Origin: Escherichia phage T4
Sequence record: NC_000866.4
Direction: 5' to 3' (one strand)
Length of the DNA stretch: 64,000 nt
The notes beneath the pieces are model-generated. The model had not been told where the DNA came from, did no database searches, and saw only the letters and a program-made list of their open reading frames with translations. Below, one piece after another: positions 61,390 to 64,000 of this stretch (its first letter is position 1; the number at the start of each line of letters is the position of its first letter). Position numbers and translations under genes: made by a program.

Positions 61390-61733
61390 CTAGTACTCAA
61401 TCCTCGATTATAAGAATCTACCAAACGGTCAACCATTGAATGACAAGCGGCTTTATCTTTCTCCTCCGCAACTGAACATTCTAAGGTATTCCACTTTTTA
61501 GCATATCGTTTTAACAATGTATCGTTTTTGTATCTGCTTGATTTATCTCTTTCTCCGTCTTTATATGCATATATTAATTTCTGTGCAAATTCAGCTTGGC
61601 ATGCCTTATTTTTCCCACAATAATCTGCCGCAGTGCGGTTTACATATTCTCTAATTTCAGTATATGATGTATCTGCTGACGCAGAAGCAGAAAATGAAAT
61701 TAATCCTATACATAAAACCAAAATTTTAGTCAT
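61386..61733 (-). CDS. secreted 115-aa protein (vs position)
   Basis: 115-aa ORF with N-terminal signal peptide (MTKILVLCIGLISFSASASA). Confidence 0.6.
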   Translation of the reverse strand: MTKILVLCIGLISFSASASADTSYTEIREYVNRTAADYCGKNKACQAEFAQKLIYAYKDGERDKSSRYKNDTLLKRYAKKWNTLECSVAEEKDKAACHSMVDRLVDSYNRGLSTR

Positions 61734-62271
61734 TTACTATTTCCAAAAGTTTATTATTTTTAAGGTAATTAGCCTTTTCTAGGACTTCAGAAGCATATTT
61801 AGAACCTGCTTTAACATTCCATCCCGAATTATAAGAGGATATTGCTTTTCTTATATCGCCCTTATGTATATTTAACCAATAAGAAAGTTCAATGTACGCC
61901 CAGGAAGCTGAATTGGATCGTTTATTCAACATTCTTTTTATTTCAGCATCGGTCATATTATAACCAAGTTCCTTAACTCTTGCTCGCATAGTAGGCAAAT
62001 AATTTTGGAACATTCCGTAGGCGTGATGCTTTGGTTTAGATTTTAAATTAACTCCGCCAGAGCTTTCTTGCCATAAAATGGCAGCCATTATATGACCTAA
62101 TCCGCTCTTGTGGATATTTTTGTGTGTTTTATATTTTCCATCCTTAGAAAATTGTTCCCCGAATTGATACGCGTAACGCATGTTATCGAGTTGGACATTA
62201 CTGAAAGTATGCTCGGAGCTATGTGCCATCATTGAAATGGCCAATAGACCAGCGAGTAGTGCTTTTCTCAT
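61726..62271 (-). CDS. secreted lytic-transglycosylase-like protein
   Basis: 181-aa ORF with signal peptide and SLT-like motif (AAILWQESSGG). Confidence 0.6.
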   Translation of the reverse strand: MRKALLAGLLAISMMAHSSEHTFSNVQLDNMRYAYQFGEQFSKDGKYKTHKNIHKSGLGHIMAAILWQESSGGVNLKSKPKHHAYGMFQNYLPTMRARVKELGYNMTDAEIKRMLNKRSNSASWAYIELSYWLNIHKGDIRKAISSYNSGWNVKAGSKYASEVLEKANYLKNNKLLEIVND

Positions 62272-62278
62272 GCTTACC

Positions 62279-62740
62279 TCATTGAGTTTTAATTACTGCT
62301 TTAGAAGCCTTTCCTGGTAAACGACGACTGTTGATAATTGCCATCCTACATTGAAGTGACGGGTCTTTGAACTTCTCGTTAGGTTTACAAACTGTAAATC
62401 CAAGCCAAAGATTTCCATCTGTGATTTCTAAACGTCCAGGACGATATTCAACCCCATCAATAAAATCCTCGTCAATGTCAGGACGCGGAGGCATACTCAG
62501 GAATTCATTAACTTCTAAAACATGGTCTTTTATTTTATGGAATAATTCAAAAACGTATGTCTCATCAATCTCCCGTTGAATTGCGCGATCAAGAAGATGT
62601 TGAGAATATTTTAGATGAAACGATGAGACTCCTGCTGCTTTTGATGCCTCACGAATCTCATTGTTAATTTGACGAAACTCCGACTCAAAGTGACGACGAA
62701 GCTTATTTCGACGGATAAAAACTTCTGTATTGATAGTCAT
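62279..62740 (-). CDS. regB: endoribonuclease RegB
   Basis: 153-aa ORF MTINTEVFIRRNKLRRHFESEFRQINNEIREA... Confidence 0.88.
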   Translation of the reverse strand: MTINTEVFIRRNKLRRHFESEFRQINNEIREASKAAGVSSFHLKYSQHLLDRAIQREIDETYVFELFHKIKDHVLEVNEFLSMPPRPDIDEDFIDGVEYRPGRLEITDGNLWLGFTVCKPNEKFKDPSLQCRMAIINSRRLPGKASKAVIKTQ

Positions 62741-62768
62741 GTTATTCTCCTCTTAACTGATAGAAAAA

Positions 62769-62797
62769 TTATACCACAGTCAAGAGGAAAAGTAAAC
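62769..62797 (-). promoter_or_regulatory. early sigma70-type promoter upstream of regB
   Basis: Minus strand GTTTACttttcctcttgactgtgGTATAAT. Confidence 0.6.
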
Positions 62798-62799
62798 AG

Positions 62800-63078
62800 T
62801 TATTCTTTAAATCTAATCAATTTATTCATAGACTTTGAAACTTCGGCACGAACCTCATGTAGATTTTTGAGCTGTTCAAGACGCTGCGTATAGTAAGCAA
62901 TTTCATCTTCTTCGAGACAGTCCTGCGAATCTTCTTTAAGATAACGTGCATAGTCCTGGAAAGCGTTACGGACTACTTCCTGGAAGTCATCAAGACTTTG
63001 AATTTTCTTAGGAGCAACAGATACACGACGAGGGGCAGTATAATACTCATAACCAAACCCTGCGCTTAATTGAGCCAT
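62800..63078 (-). CDS. hypothetical protein (vs.3 position)
   Basis: ORF 62800..63120; likely ATG at 63076-63078 ([14 protein letters not shown]...) overlapping the upstream stop. Confidence 0.5.
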   Translation of the reverse strand: MAQLSAGFGYEYYTAPRRVSVAPKKIQSLDDFQEVVRNAFQDYARYLKEDSQDCLEEDEIAYYTQRLEQLKNLHEVRAEVSKSMNKLIRFKE

Positions 63079-63380
63079 TAGTATTTTTCCTCTGGTTGGA
63101 ACACTGCACGACAAGCCCACATACTGGCTTCTTTGAGTTTCGTTTTAGCAATAGTTAACTGATCGAGACTTTCAGCATAATTCTTCGCGAATTCACAGTC
63201 TTCGCAATTATCTAGTGCTTCCCAGAATTCATCATATAAAGCATCAAAGATAAGTCCTAAACGAACTTCAGCGTCTTTAATAGCATTTACTTTACCGATT
63301 TTCTCTTCAGTATGTGGTTTATAACCCTTAATATCTTCAATCATATTTGACTTCCTCACCAGTACATAATACGTATTCAA
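63078..63380 (-). CDS. acb2: probable Acb2-like anti-CBASS cyclic-nucleotide sponge (vs.4 position)
   Basis: ORF-track start is TTG; first in-frame ATG gives about 88 aa ([17 protein letters not shown]...); assignment by synteny and from memory. Confidence 0.55.
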   Translation of the reverse strand: MNTYYVLVRKSNMIEDIKGYKPHTEEKIGKVNAIKDAEVRLGLIFDALYDEFWEALDNCEDCEFAKNYAESLDQLTIAKTKLKEASMWACRAVFQPEEKY

Positions 63381-63556
63381 CTAAACGAATAGGTTCATGA
63401 ATGCCATAGCCTTGAACAGAAATTTCTGTCGTAGGATAAATTCCATCAATATCACCCATATTCCACGCTTCATTAAATTGCTGTTCGCCTGAGTTACTAA
63501 ACCACTCGCGAAAGCATTTAGCACATCTTCAGAACCTTCAATAATTATCTTTGCCA

Positions 63557-63919
63557 TTACAAACTTTCAGTAAAGGTACGAGCGATAACGTCGCGCTGCT
63601 GTTCCGGAGTCAGAGAGTTAAAGCGAACTGCATAACCGGATACACGGATGGTCAGCTGCGGATATTTTTCCGGATGCTTAACTGCATCTTCCAGAGTTTC
63701 ATGACGCAGAACGTTAACGTTCAGGTGTTGACCACCTTCAATTTTAACTGTAGGTTGTGGCTCAATTTCAATTTCACGGGCATGCAAACCATAGAAAATT
63801 TCTGGGTCTACAAAAGAGTCCTCTTTAAAGGTTTTAGAGACAATAATTCGTGCTTGAATACCATCTTCAAAATAAATAGTACCTTTATGTGTGCCTTCAA
63901 GAATTTGATATGCTTTCAT
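63557..63919 (-). CDS. GrcA/YfiD-like autonomous glycyl-radical cofactor
   Basis: 120-aa ORF ending ...[31 protein letters not shown] with the glycyl-radical motif RVSGY. Confidence 0.85.
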
Positions 63920-64000
63920 ATAAACCTCAATTAGAAAATAAATTTATCCAAGATTGTTCTTTAATTAAAAATGGCTCAGAATCATATGCCATTAAACTTT

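Noticed and set aside
63381-63556. Apparent frameshift between two protein-like frames in the vs.5 interval
   Set aside because: It depends on my single-nucleotide reading of homopolymer runs, which I showed to be unreliable elsewhere (goF region). A simple 58-aa ORF ending in TAG is equally consistent.
63551-63934. 127-aa plus-strand ORF overlapping the GrcA-like gene
   Set aside because: Antisense to an ORF with an unmistakable glycyl-radical motif; no RBS.

Overview
This window reads as the first ~64 kb of a bacteriophage T4-type genome (Tevenvirinae), running from rIIA through to the vs region. Almost every gene is on the minus strand and tightly packed, often with overlapping stop/start codons. 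Recognised landmarks: rIIA; the split topoisomerase II genes 39 and 60, including the 50-nt translational bypass in gene 60; dexA; dda; modA/modB; soc; gene 56; dam; primase 61; dmd; helicase 41; uvsX; beta- and alpha-glucosyltransferases; dCMP hydroxymethylase 42; DNA polymerase 43; regA; clamp loader 62/44; clamp 45; genes 46/47; sigma factor 55; nrdH/nrdG/nrdD, with a group I intron carrying I-TevII; endonuclease VII (49); nrdC; rI; tk; regB. Homing-endonuclease genes are frequent (segA, segF, mobA remnant, mobB, mobC, mobD). I found no tRNA, rRNA, CRISPR array, integrase or transposase. Because this is one of the best-studied phage genomes, I do not claim a new system. The most useful leads are uncharacterised ORFs beside known counter-defence genes, a tandem paralog array and an ATPase + nucleotidyltransferase pair in the nrdC-mobD accessory region, a macro-domain protein, a plus-strand small membrane ORF, and a mobC/nrdG start-codon duplication. 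All gene names are from memory of T4, not from a database search. ORF-track coordinates are reliable; features I placed by eye (promoters, hairpins, small ORFs, adjusted starts) may be off by 1-3 nt. The ORF track uses GTG/TTG as well as ATG starts, so some listed starts were moved to the first plausible ATG.
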